Part shown: positions 41,301-50,740 of the stretch, piece by piece | Layout: every line of letters begins with the position of its first letter | Position numbering within the stretch: position 1 is the first letter of the stretch | Assembly: GCA_977017575.1 (NCBI GenBank) | Contig: CDRNVI010000016.1 | Location: 434,001-498,000 of the forward strand | From: Paramoeba atlantica | Lineage: Eukaryota > Protista > Discosea | Direction: 5' to 3' | Length of the DNA: 64,000 nt | Notes under the pieces: model-generated | Database searches by the model: none | What the model was told of the DNA's origin: nothing | The model's input: only the letters and a program-made list of their open reading frames with translations | Position numbers and translations under genes: made by a program

Positions 41301-42799
41301 TGGGTAAAGCGTTGTGTATATGTAGAATATCGAAAGATGTTGATCTAGGAGGTCATTTGCCACTTCGCAAAAGAGAAACTCATGACGCAACACCTATACA
41401 AATCGTCACCGACGTCTCCAAATCATTTATTTATGTTTTAGAATCTTGCAGGTCCGTTTCCAACGAAAGACAAAATGATCCGTCATGTGATGATAAAAAA
41501 GTAGATTTCGAAGAAAGTTCAAACAGTGAGTGCAAGCTTGAAAGTCCAACACTTCCCTCTATATCTCACAGAGTGTCTACATATAGGTTTCCTAGTCTTG
41601 CTTTTTGCGATGCCTTCGCACTTGAAGAAAGAGAAATTTGTCTTGGTATGAAAATGTGGAAATATTCAGCAAAGGACTCAGCGAGTTTTCTTGTGCTAGG
41701 AACGGCTCAACCGCATGACGAAGAAACTCCTTGTCGCGGAGGCATATATTTATTGGGCTCACAGAGGAATAAAACTACCACTCGAAATCACTCACAGCTA
41801 CAAGGGAGGCATTGGCTTGCTCGTTTCAGTGATAAAGGCGAGAAACTGGATACTTCGACAGTATTTACAGAAAAAGAAAGTGCTTGTTCATTGAGGCCAG
41901 TGCAATTCCACGCTATGAAAGGTCCTGTGACAGCCGTTACTACATGTAAAGAACGGCTCGTTGTGACGTGTGGGGCCAAAATAATGTTTTACCTGTACGA
42001 TAAGACCGTAAATCGTTTAATTAACGTGGGATTTCACAACGCACACACATACGTGGCGTCCTTGGCTTCCTTTAAAGAATATTTCGCTGTGGCTGATCTG
42101 CACCACTCCCTGGCAATTTGCAAGTACGATGCTCTGCAACGCACAAGTCACATTCTTGCAAGGGATATCAGCGGTAAAGATCTCACGTCATGTGAATTTC
42201 TTTACGACGGGGTGCACCAGAAACTATTGGTAGCCGCATCCGATGTTAATGGGACTCTCGGCATATATGGGTACGACCCGGTGGCTAGAAAATCCAGAAA
42301 CCTTTTGCGTCTCCAAAATAACTTTCGTGTTCCGGGCTTTGTAACGAGATTACAACGCATAAACCTTCCCCATGAAAGTGTTTCTGTGAAGCACGCTAAA
42401 ACAAACGATTTACTGCATGGAGTTTCAAGCAACCAATCCTCCATTTTTTGTCCTTCCCGATCGTGTGCTCTTCTGTACAGTACATCTACTGGCGCTTTAG
42501 GTATTGTATGGCCACTCGAGAACAGCAAAGAGCGTCGTTCACTGCTCTGGTTAAATGCTATTCTTAAGGAATACATATCGAACCCATATGCGGGTAATCA
42601 AAGCATTAAACCTAATCATAGTGATCGTAGACACTCTAGCACACGCTGTATACTCAATTGCAATGAGATTTCAGCTGCGTTCATCGATAAGGTAGACTTG
42701 ATCACACAGCAGCGACTCTCACATAAAATAGGTATAGATCTGAGTGCACTGGTTAACGTTTTGCGAAGAATCCGTCAAGCATTTCATATATTTACGTGA
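38342..42799 (+). CDS. CPSF1: Cleavage and polyadenylation specificity factor subunit 1 (CPSF160)
   Basis: LHEPEQSWVGRL, WRISSLPYNS..L.PV, GIFVSGMQPMW, KGPVTAVT, YFAVADLHHSL, ILARD, STGALG; triple beta-propeller size. Confidence 0.88.
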   Translation: MELVYSEFFPSSAVQQVVVGKFLCHDVSNVLLLFCDRIEIYVIGDFNGEKPKFVLSEHFSEKLTGVVTLHHPTGLDAIALCMDHCRVCICAYNTTYAAQSWVSRTPRDIEETDSDVETGAEENFFALENNFRVIAVFVLKCEEINKIHCKMLVDETSTFVLVMLNKQWLYIIPIQCFRIDGTNLQNESEKQAACTSILPGFFFNPEENQFLALKDDLSFGKSDAAAYTRKLQPIGCTTIDLASLSPPLLNIRDICLLQGYGDATFLILHEPEQSWVGRLKLKSAQRGNVESKTLSCIATLLCYDCRTHVLSVAWRISSLPYNSQYLFPVLGSTSYPMGSALCVAPNCIMHLTIQGCSYAICTNSYGVDEFKGRETDLYVDTAPTGTNLHKTKNALLANCSLVMLSHDRGILATATGELHVLDLRWKDGIVCEIVYSEEIGVLDVSSGRVFSYSTHGISSEVKGMRLPKPSSMVYLPGMKTAVHASLTGNTSILDLSLVTNVPISELTRSIFQATLCESLSPISSFDVLSTAEADFLRNKQVNKTVSRECLERGSMNYNQCLRSTSIVVTGGEQPRGVIGLLTKSVHTEHCTSFTTPSIENAIRYVGEVLLQYDELACLKETNNLRNNFMKNSMNGSMRHPTAVLVSDDTKTSTLLISQEDIIDISNDVAFSKEPTLLAYCINTETVYGTLQITKSQVRVHALDCTASPISTWDISNVVTSPVDQLDIMKGFCLLTEKRKHSLVSSNRTDSLVTILLYTSENGLVVLDLLPDLRIEFTTSISHCPVPHTCIAQCGPKILIGVEPRTFKCYVWWIDVSSGELYFAPACFRLPGRQDYAREAQSFSDEMLEVSATDSILCIRLLFLNRLLVYQLTCDVAGIPIFCHAIDTTTNLTWKTDSVVSNRLLYPLFDYSVSQNVREKSFCGIFVSGMQPMWLVQDPFTGRCFAHPQSVPNASHEITTMTYLRNCVCHENNAEVPGHQSDYFCTSMGKALCICRISKDVDLGGHLPLRKRETHDATPIQIVTDVSKSFIYVLESCRSVSNERQNDPSCDDKKVDFEESSNSECKLESPTLPSISHRVSTYRFPSLAFCDAFALEEREICLGMKMWKYSAKDSASFLVLGTAQPHDEETPCRGGIYLLGSQRNKTTTRNHSQLQGRHWLARFSDKGEKLDTSTVFTEKESACSLRPVQFHAMKGPVTAVTTCKERLVVTCGAKIMFYLYDKTVNRLINVGFHNAHTYVASLASFKEYFAVADLHHSLAICKYDALQRTSHILARDISGKDLTSCEFLYDGVHQKLLVAASDVNGTLGIYGYDPVARKSRNLLRLQNNFRVPGFVTRLQRINLPHESVSVKHAKTNDLLHGVSSNQSSIFCPSRSCALLYSTSTGALGIVWPLENSKERRSLLWLNAILKEYISNPYAGNQSIKPNHSDRRHSSTRCILNCNEISAAFIDKVDLITQQRLSHKIGIDLSALVNVLRRIRQAFHIFT

Positions 42800-42988
42800 A
42801 GTACCACTTTGTCACAATTTCTTGGTCTCTAATTTTGAATCAAACCTATCGAATTCAATATTTAATGCGTTTTTCAGTGCTTTCGTTGTAAGTTGCCTCG
42901 TTGGATTGAAGAGTGGCCGACATAGCTTTTTTTTGACCGTTTGTATTTTTAAGTTATGTTGAAGCGTAAATAGAACTCGGAGACTAGT

Positions 42989-44653
42989 ATGGCGTCGTTG
43001 TTCCCGTACGACAGCGATGATGATTTCCCTTATCAAGCGGACGATGCGAAATCCTTATTATCGCCGGACGTCTCATTAACTTCTTGCACCTCGTATCCAC
43101 AGATGTATGCGAAGGGTGCGGTTGTGAATCTCACGCCGACACCTTGTGATGATTTAGTTAGTAGTCTTCCTTTCAGACAGGATTTGGTGCAGAATTCTGT
43201 GCAACTTGGTACAAAGAAAGTTCTTTCCGATAAGAAAGCTTCATTGCACTCCAAAACGAAACTTCAACAAAATTTTGCGAATGCCCCGCTTTCGACACCG
43301 AGGCTTTCCGTTTCAAAACTAGACACTTCCTTGCCCGAATTTCCCATTCGGATAGATCCTCTCAGAGCAGACGAAAAGCCCCGAATCGCAGACATTGAAC
43401 CCGTTAGGGATGCGCTGCCTCCTTTTTCCACTCAACCGACATCATTTTCCCCTCCCATGCCCAGTCGCACCATTTTTCATTTTCCCCATCACGCACCGAG
43501 TAGCAGAAAACCTTCTTGGTTCAGCAACAACACGACACGCCATTTCAATCAAACCGTTTCCTCTCGCTACCCCGCGCTTCCCCAGCACGAAATGTACGCC
43601 TTTCGAAACACCCATCTCGGAGGCGTCACGGTGTTACGGTGGGTTCCTTCCGTCCGCTCCCCCCGGTACTTCCTATCCGCGGGGATGGATGGGCTGGTAC
43701 GGCTGTGGGACTGTGAGTTCGAAGCTCACGCGCTCGGGCCCGTGGTGTCCTATCAAGGACATCAGAGAGGGATACGCGACGTGTGTACTTTGAGCACCGA
43801 AAAATTTATTAGCGCAAGTTTTGATGGGTATATCAGAGAGTGGGATGTGGAAAGTGGGACATCCTGTAGGGCGTATTCATTTTCTAGTCAAAATTCAGCA
43901 TCCCCGTCTTTATGTGATGGAGGTTTTCCCTCCTGTTTAGAAGTTCCGCGGCTTTCATATGGTAACAGTACAGCTACAAACTCAAACTATGTAGAGAGAA
44001 ACGCTGGAGTAAACAATTGGGCGCCATTTGAGTCAAGTTCAACATCAAACCCGGGTGTCAGTGATTCCGTCTTTTTTAGTGGTCACTCCAAGGGAGCAAT
44101 ATGCCAGTGGGATCGTAGATCTCATCGAGCAGTGTCTGTGTGGAAATATCACGGGGAATCTATTAATGATCTACTTTATTCCGCTCATAATAATATCATG
44201 ATCAGCTGTAGTGACGATAAGACACTCCGTTGTCTTGACGGGAGAATGCCAAAGCAATACAAGTGCGTCGCTGCATCACACATGAATGTGATTATGAACT
44301 TGAGTAGAGTTTCTGAGGGCTCTATGAAAACAATATTTCTGGCACATTCAATGGACAATCAAATACTCACGTATTCGTGTACAGGTCAGACCTTGCGACT
44401 TGAAGACTCGAAATCTTTCTCTGGTCATATCGTAGTAGGATACCGAATTGCTGCGCATTGTAGCCCAGATGCGAAATATATTTCATCCGGCGATAGCACA
44501 GGAAATTTTTGGTTATGGGAGGCGAAGTCACACCGTGTTGTGCGAAAATTTATGGCCCATGGTGGGTGCGTTTTATGCACACATTTGTGGCATCCTTCTT
44601 TACCTTACCTTGTCACGGGCGCTTGGGATGGTGGTATTAAAATTTGGTATTAA
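42989..44653 (+). CDS. WD40 protein, Prp17/CDC40-like (WDR25 not excluded)
   Basis: HLGGVTVLRWVP..FLSAGMDGLVRLWD, YQGHQRGIRDV, FISASFDGYIREWDVESG, FSGHIVVGY..CSPD..ISSGDSTG..LWE, WHP..VTGAWDGGIKIW. Confidence 0.8.
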   Translation: MASLFPYDSDDDFPYQADDAKSLLSPDVSLTSCTSYPQMYAKGAVVNLTPTPCDDLVSSLPFRQDLVQNSVQLGTKKVLSDKKASLHSKTKLQQNFANAPLSTPRLSVSKLDTSLPEFPIRIDPLRADEKPRIADIEPVRDALPPFSTQPTSFSPPMPSRTIFHFPHHAPSSRKPSWFSNNTTRHFNQTVSSRYPALPQHEMYAFRNTHLGGVTVLRWVPSVRSPRYFLSAGMDGLVRLWDCEFEAHALGPVVSYQGHQRGIRDVCTLSTEKFISASFDGYIREWDVESGTSCRAYSFSSQNSASPSLCDGGFPSCLEVPRLSYGNSTATNSNYVERNAGVNNWAPFESSSTSNPGVSDSVFFSGHSKGAICQWDRRSHRAVSVWKYHGESINDLLYSAHNNIMISCSDDKTLRCLDGRMPKQYKCVAASHMNVIMNLSRVSEGSMKTIFLAHSMDNQILTYSCTGQTLRLEDSKSFSGHIVVGYRIAAHCSPDAKYISSGDSTGNFWLWEAKSHRVVRKFMAHGGCVLCTHLWHPSLPYLVTGAWDGGIKIWY

Positions 44654-44851
44654 AATTTGGGGTGAAAATTATCGTGCAATACATTCTATTATTGATTCTA
44701 TACATTTTCGTTCATTCTGGTGTATTCGAATTAGGTATTCGATTTAAATAGTATGCTTACAACGACGTTAATCGTAGAAAACCCCGAATTTATGCTGTAA
44801 ATCTGCCAATAGAATACATGTTTCGCAAGTTTAGGTGATTTCATTACATAG

Positions 44852-45430
44852 ATGTTTGCGACTTTTTACTTTTCGGAAGGGCATCGCCGCTGGCTCTCGT
44901 TCGCTGTTTATTTCTGGATATGCATTGTGGTCATACCGTTAGGTACTGTGGGATTTGTCTTGATTCCTATTATGAGAGATCCTTGTCCAGATCTTCCTGA
45001 AAGTGCTTTTATTTACTGCTCTAAAGATGCCTGTCTATCAGCCATTTGGGTCATAATTGCGTGTGCGTGCTACATGGTCAGGGCTGTGATTTTGATCATC
45101 GTTATATCACTGTTGCTTACGTCGCTGATAAAAATGGCGAATCTTTGTCATTTCGTTACAAAGAAATTCGTTCTTTTGCTGCACCTTTTTGTGTCCGTGA
45201 GCAGTATTATTGGCCTTGCAACTTACGTATTTACTTGTTCGTGTGGTTCCTCATGTGAACCATACTTGCTTCCGCGAAATGAACTAATCATTTCTATTCT
45301 TATACTTGCTTCATTCGATATTATTTTCTCGGCATTGTTGACGTTCATTTCCTCGAGTTTATTGAAAGATTCCGTCCTGTGTCGAAGCGAAGCAAGAAAA
45401 AGAAGGTCCCCTAAGATTACTACCGTATAA
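44852..45430 (+). CDS. Small 4-TM membrane protein; its stop codon lies inside the adjacent MITE end
   Basis: Four hydrophobic segments with Cys-rich loops; ends ACT ACC GTA TAA, overlapping TA|CCGTATAAACCCC. Confidence 0.65.
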   Translation: MFATFYFSEGHRRWLSFAVYFWICIVVIPLGTVGFVLIPIMRDPCPDLPESAFIYCSKDACLSAIWVIIACACYMVRAVILIIVISLLLTSLIKMANLCHFVTKKFVLLLHLFVSVSSIIGLATYVFTCSCGSSCEPYLLPRNELIISILILASFDIIFSALLTFISSSLLKDSVLCRSEARKRRSPKITTV

Positions 45431-46127
45431 ACCCCCCCCCGAGTAGTAGGACCCCGGCCAGTAATAGCCCCCCACCACCAGTAATACCCCCCAGTAACAA
45501 AGATTTGGCTCGGGAGGGTGGTTGGAGGGGGGAGGGGGTGTTGGGGAGGGTGGTGGTGGACGGGCGGGATGAGGGTGGCTGCTCAGGGGCGAATCGCGCA
45601 GTTGTGCGGTTGGCTGGGCGGAAAATCAACGCACTCACAAGCAAAAAAGGTCTTTGTTAAGCATAACCCCCAGTAACATGAATTTGACCATTTTGGTTCA
45701 AAATAGATTCTGTTGCTGGGGGGCATACGGTAATAATATTTGTAATTTCTCTATCGTAGGCCAAAAATATTCTGGGAGATACTACACCCCCGCCAAAAAG
45801 TATTGTAATTTGTTACCGTATACCCCCCCAGTAACCGAATGGGTTTTGGGTCGAAATGGCCAAATCTCTCTTACTGGGGGGGGGTATGCTTTTTTGGTCA
45901 GGTTCCTCTTTTCTCCCAACTTTTTTGACTATTTTTTCTATTTTTCTGAAAACGTGTTAAAACGCTTCTTTGGGTTACCCCCAAGGTCCCCAACATGCAG
46001 TCACTCACCCCCTACCCCCTATACGCCTCCTATTGGGCTCCCAAGCAAAATCTCTCTTACTGGGGGTCAGCCTAAAAAGGGTCAAATTGCTCTTACTGGG
46101 GGGTATCTTACTGGGGGGGGTATACGG
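45423..46127. mobile_element. TA-flanked TACCGTA-type MITE (705 bp) containing a nested 312-bp unit (45816-46127)
   Basis: Outer left TA|CCGTATAAACCCCCCCCC; inner left TA|CCGTATAC7AGTAA (45816); right TTACTG8TATACGG|TA (46127); several CCCCAGTAA subterminal repeats on the left and TTACTGGGG repeats on the right. Confidence 0.85.
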
Positions 46128-46442
46128 TAGTATGAAGTCTATGGAAACATAGCATGGCTCACACAGCACAAAGGCAGTACAATTGGAAGTACAATTTGGA
46201 ATTGGTAGTATTGACCACGAATTTTTGGTCGATACTAATGTAGAGGAAGAAGGAGGCGCAAGATTAAAAGCGGAAGGCTGGGCTTTCTTCCTTTTGCACA
46301 GGAAAGATTTAGGAGTCTAAGGAGTTGGGTTCAGGGTCAATGGTAGGCAGTATTGGAAGTAACTGGGAAGTATTGGAAAAGGGCAGTTAAAAAACTTGTT
46401 AATTGTTTTGAACATCTATGTAATATTCGTGCTACACTGTGA

Positions 46443-47048
46443 ATGCTGCAGGTATATAGGAAACTGTTGAAAAAGTCTGGAAAGCCCACTGAGCTTCCAG
46501 AATACAAGTACGTGTACGCGCCTTGGGAAGGCGATGGCCCATCACAGGAGCAAATTGAGCGAGCGCGGCGTAAATTTCAAACAGCAGCATCTTGGAAGCC
46601 ACCCTACAAACCAATGACAGTCCCACATGTCCCAGATAATATGTACACCTTTGGCAAGGAGGGCATGACTGTCCCGATTGCTATCTTTAAAGGGCAGGAA
46701 GACCCCGTCATTGGACCCGAGTGGACTTATCCTGGAATCTATGATATAAAAAAGTACGCAGCTGCGACCACAACAGAACAGCTTATCATGAAGGATCGAG
46801 AACTGAGATCGCAGGGAGAGTCTCTTCCCTACTGGCAAAGACGCTCGTTGCGCGTTCGAACGAATAACATTAACTTCATGGCGGGCGTTAAAATTCGTAG
46901 GGTAAGGTACGGCGCGTGGAGACCATTCCAACGTGTAAAAGGAAAAAAGACTAAATCTAGAGCCGAAACAGCCGCCCAAAAAAAGGCTGAGGCAGCGGCC
47001 GCTGCAGAAAAACAAAAACTTGAAGCGAAAGACACAACGAAGAAATGA
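46443..47048 (+). CDS. Mitochondrial ribosomal protein mL54-like
   Basis: VPIAIFKGQEDPVIGPEWTYPGIY matches the mL54 motif .i.i.K.g.DP.l.p..eYP.wl; Lys/Ala-rich tail. Confidence 0.6.
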   Translation: MLQVYRKLLKKSGKPTELPEYKYVYAPWEGDGPSQEQIERARRKFQTAASWKPPYKPMTVPHVPDNMYTFGKEGMTVPIAIFKGQEDPVIGPEWTYPGIYDIKKYAAATTTEQLIMKDRELRSQGESLPYWQRRSLRVRTNNINFMAGVKIRRVRYGAWRPFQRVKGKKTKSRAETAAQKKAEAAAAAEKQKLEAKDTTKK

Positions 47049-47181
47049 TAGTAAGTTGAATCAGATGGGAAACTCGAATGTAATATTGTTTGTTAGAAGA
47101 ACAAGAACGAACAGAGTTGTTTGTTGGTAAGAAACTCCCTCCACGAAGTATATTACCATTATTTTATATTCGCATTTGATT

Positions 47182-47829
47182 ATGCTACGCGTTCTTTTGG
47201 ACTACCCGTCCTATCGTAGGAAGGTTCAGCAAGGTGTAGTAGGGCTATCTGGTAGTGACCAGCTACGCAAACCACATAAGGTTGGTAAAGGGCTACTTTC
47301 TTCAGAAACTAAGTTGCAGCAACTTGTCCGGAACAGCAATCCGAACCATTCAACGAATAGCAATCCGGACCATTCTTGGAGAGCGGAAAATGATGTTTGC
47401 TTGTGGTCTGGTGTAGTTTGCGATCCCTACAATGTAGTTGTGAAACTTTCATGGGACTTCTATGGGTTGTCTGGTACTCTTGATTTTAATTATTTCCCCG
47501 AAACCATTAAACTGGTGTATCTGGATGGAAACAATTTTGTCGGTAATGTAGATCTTCAATTTCTTCCTGGAGTTTTGGAGCATTTGGAATTTTCACATAA
47601 TCGATTCACCGGCACTCCTGAGCTACGGTACCTTCCAGAGAACTTGATACACTTGCATTTTGCAGGGAATTGTTTTAAGGGGTACATAGATCTGAGCTGA
47701 TTGCCAAGAACGCTTGTCTCGCTTATGATTTATAACAATCCTGAGCTCAAGGGAGAGCTTGTGCTATCTAAACTTCCAGTTAGCTTAGTTTACAAGAAAT
47801 GGCATGGCACCGAAATCACGTGCATATAG
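47182..47829 (+). pseudogene. DLxxLP-type leucine-rich-repeat gene interrupted by an in-frame TGA at 47698-47700
   Basis: LWSGVVC...LSGTLDFNYFPETIKLVYLDGNNFVGNVDLQFLP...NRFTGTPELRYLP...NCFKGYIDLS*LPRTLVSLMIYNNPELKGELVLSKLP; the repeat continues in frame past the stop to TAG at 47829. Confidence 0.75.
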
Positions 47830-48478
47830 GATAGGATGTAAGAACGACAGTGTTTATTTACTTTTGAAGTAAAAATTATATTATAAAAATTATGTTATAA
47901 AAATTATATTATTGGTCTAATCTCCCATTTTTTTCCCAAATGTTTTTTGAAGTTTTGAAGGGCACTCCAAATACTAAAATTAGTTACTTGGATTTCATCT
48001 GCCCATCTTCTGAGGCTGAAATATGGACCATTCGTGCTTTCCATTTCCCATTTCGCTCGTTCATGTATTGTCCATACAGTATCGATACTCCACCGAACTC
48101 TATAAGTGTGTCACACCTTTTGCCAACCTGGTGTGGCACAATTTGAGCCCTAGAATTTGAGTCCTTGTTTTCTATAAATGTCCCCGAATGTCTCGGTGTA
48201 AATAAGTCAAAGTCTTCTCTTTCGTCAATACCAATCTAGTAGGATTGTAAAATCACTGAACTCGAAAAAACGTTGAAGTATTTTTTTTTTGAAACAAATT
48301 TGGGAGATTCCACCAAACATTTTCGTAAGTCAAAAGACTTGGTCAAAAGTACTTTACTATGGGGAAATACATTATGGGATTATGATTTTTTGTTTCACTG
48401 GATTCGACTAAATCATTCGCTGTTTCATCCCTGATAAACAACCATCGTGAACTGTCAGGAAAAAGTTTCCATACGTTT

Positions 48479-49567
48479 TTGTTGGTTCGACGTTCTTTAT
48501 CAGATGCAGTTATTTTCTACAGTAGGATGCAGTCTACAATTTACATTATTGTTGATTCTTTTCAGTTCAAGATGAGGACTAGTGCCCATGTTTCAAATCG
48601 GCTACGCTCTGCATACTACGTGAACGCCATTTCGTATTGGAGAATCCGGAGCTGGAAAACCTTTTTGACAAGACAGGATAGTGTAGCCCCGATGCGCACC
48701 ACAGCACTGAAGTACCGCCCTTATTCAACGCAGACTCTTGTGCCAACCGATGAATCTGTGAACGTATCCCGAGCCTCCGGCAAAAGTCCTACAGCTCTTG
48801 TTAGTGCGTCGTGTACGCCAAATCCTATCAGTCGTATGTTTCGAGGTCCTCAGTACCTTCTTCCTGGACAAATATTAAGTGTACAATCACACACGGATGC
48901 AAATAAGTTTCCATTGGTGAAACGTTTATACGAAGCCGGGGAAAATATGCTACGTGATGTATACGTGACTGATAATTGCCTCACAATTAGCCTCGACTCC
49001 ACGGGAGACATTAACGTGGAAGAGGTATGGAATCGCTTTGCACCTCTTTTTTGCGAGATCATTGCGGAATTTGTGTTTGTCTCTTTAGAAAAAACACCCC
49101 ATTTATCCAATGAAACTGATCGGGACAGAAGCTACGATTCAACTTTGTACACAGGGCGCATTGTAAATCTCTTCAGTGGAGAGGCGTACGATGATGCAGC
49201 CATCTCTACTGTACCGGAATTTAGTTCAGGAGATGACGATACGGAACCCAAGGCGACGGATTCAGATGCTGTACTAGCCATAAAAGAACTTCTTGCTACA
49301 CGTGTTAAGCCAATGTTACAGGCGGACGGTGGCAACTTGAAGTTTGTCGGTATGGATAGTGACGGAATCGTGTACATCCTTCTTCAAGGCGCATGTGTGT
49401 CATGTCCAAGTAGCTCTATTACGCTGAAGAATGGGATCGAAAGAATGCTAATGCACTGGGTTCCTGAAGTTCTCGAGGTACAAGAAGTAGATGAAAACTA
49501 TGCACGCGAATGGAATCAACAAGAACAGAAAGGCGCAGGATCTAAATCTAGTGAATCACCGAAGTGA
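48479..49567 (+). CDS. NFU1: NFU1-like mitochondrial Fe-S cluster carrier (likely ATG 48572)
   Basis: TPNP N-domain; IKELLATRVKPMLQADGGNLKF...LQGACVSCPSSSITLKNGIERML (CxxC). Confidence 0.93.
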   Translation: MLVRRSLSDAVIFYSRMQSTIYIIVDSFQFKMRTSAHVSNRLRSAYYVNAISYWRIRSWKTFLTRQDSVAPMRTTALKYRPYSTQTLVPTDESVNVSRASGKSPTALVSASCTPNPISRMFRGPQYLLPGQILSVQSHTDANKFPLVKRLYEAGENMLRDVYVTDNCLTISLDSTGDINVEEVWNRFAPLFCEIIAEFVFVSLEKTPHLSNETDRDRSYDSTLYTGRIVNLFSGEAYDDAAISTVPEFSSGDDDTEPKATDSDAVLAIKELLATRVKPMLQADGGNLKFVGMDSDGIVYILLQGACVSCPSSSITLKNGIERMLMHWVPEVLEVQEVDENYAREWNQQEQKGAGSKSSESPK

Positions 49568-49733
49568 GAATACATCTTTTTCCTTGTCAATTATGCTACA
49601 CTATTAAAACTATTCATTTCCTCATATTGATATGAATTCCTTATCTTGATATTGAAAGCAAAAGCATTAATCATAATTTTTTATAGGTCGATTGCATCAT
49701 CTGCTTTAAAACAATATAAGATTTGTCATAAAA

Positions 49734-50207
49734 ATGCGAAGCAAACCTTCCCGTTCCACTGCGAGACCGACACATTCCTCCTCGACTCCTCATCGAGGCG
49801 GGTTGTTTGGGAGCGCTCAACGGTCCCACTCTACGAATGCAAAAAGTGGAGCACCCGGTGCAGCAACGAGGACACAACCTGCTCCTCATTCGTCCGGACT
49901 TATGGGGACACTAGCGGCAAGTGCCACGGGGGCAATCGCTGGTAGTGCATTGAGTCGGGCAATGTTTGGCAACTCGCAACCAGTGGAAGAATACGCAACT
50001 GGTGATAACAGTGCGGTACAAGGGAACGATACTTTTAATCCTACTGATTCTTCTGGACAACATTTGAAAGCACATCCGTGTGCTCCTGAAATGAATAATT
50101 TTATTCAATGTATGGAATCGAATCATGAAGGAAGTGATTTTGTAAGTTGTCGTTGGCCATGGGAGACCTTCGAGCAATGTCACAGAAAATTTCCGCAACG
50201 ATTCTAA
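49734..50207 (+). CDS. CHCH-domain protein, MIX17/CHCHD2-like
   Basis: GLMGTLAASATGAIAGSAL central motif and twin CX9C (CAPEMNNFIQC ... CRWPWETFEQC). Confidence 0.85.
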   Translation: MRSKPSRSTARPTHSSSTPHRGGLFGSAQRSHSTNAKSGAPGAATRTQPAPHSSGLMGTLAASATGAIAGSALSRAMFGNSQPVEEYATGDNSAVQGNDTFNPTDSSGQHLKAHPCAPEMNNFIQCMESNHEGSDFVSCRWPWETFEQCHRKFPQRF

Positions 50208-50740
50208 AGTTTAGCATTGTTATAATCCTACCCGTTCTCTATATTTTATTGCTCCTTTTTTTGAAATCCCTTTTGTTTCGAACATTGGATATGTTCGTCC
50301 TTCTTTATACCCCGTAGATTGACAAATCAGCAAAGTGTCCTGAGTACTGCTTGTAATATGATGTTACTCCTGGCGCAACGATATAATGTCGTAACCAGAG
50401 ATGGTTAGAAATATTGTGAAACCGTTCCAATTGTTCCCCAACTATTTTACTGCTCTGCACATCCACGTATGTAAGCACATGTACGGGTAACAAATGTATG
50501 TATTTCTCAGTAGAAAAACGTATTATCAGACTGCAACTATTATCAGAACTGTTTATCCTACGCTGTCACTTTTTTTTGGTTGGACGAATTTTTTGCAACT
50601 CTAGAGCGTGTCATAAATTCTTTCATATTGTTGATCCATTGCCATTTCTTTTATGTACTTTGTGCACTTATTATACTTTTTCTATTATTAGCATTATTAT
50701 TATTTAGTAAAGGTTTTTCTATTATACACGTTACCCGCAT

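Noticed and set aside
45420-46152. ORFs 45654-46130, 45420-45644 and 45970-46152
   Set aside because: They lie wholly within the MITE; the repeated ISLTGG peptides are translations of TTACTGGGG repeats.
47698-47700. Genome-wide TGA reassignment (Blastocrithidia-like code)
   Set aside because: TGA ends several full-length genes here (3436, 21067, 31260, 42799, 49567, 61024), and no conserved gene contains in-frame stops.
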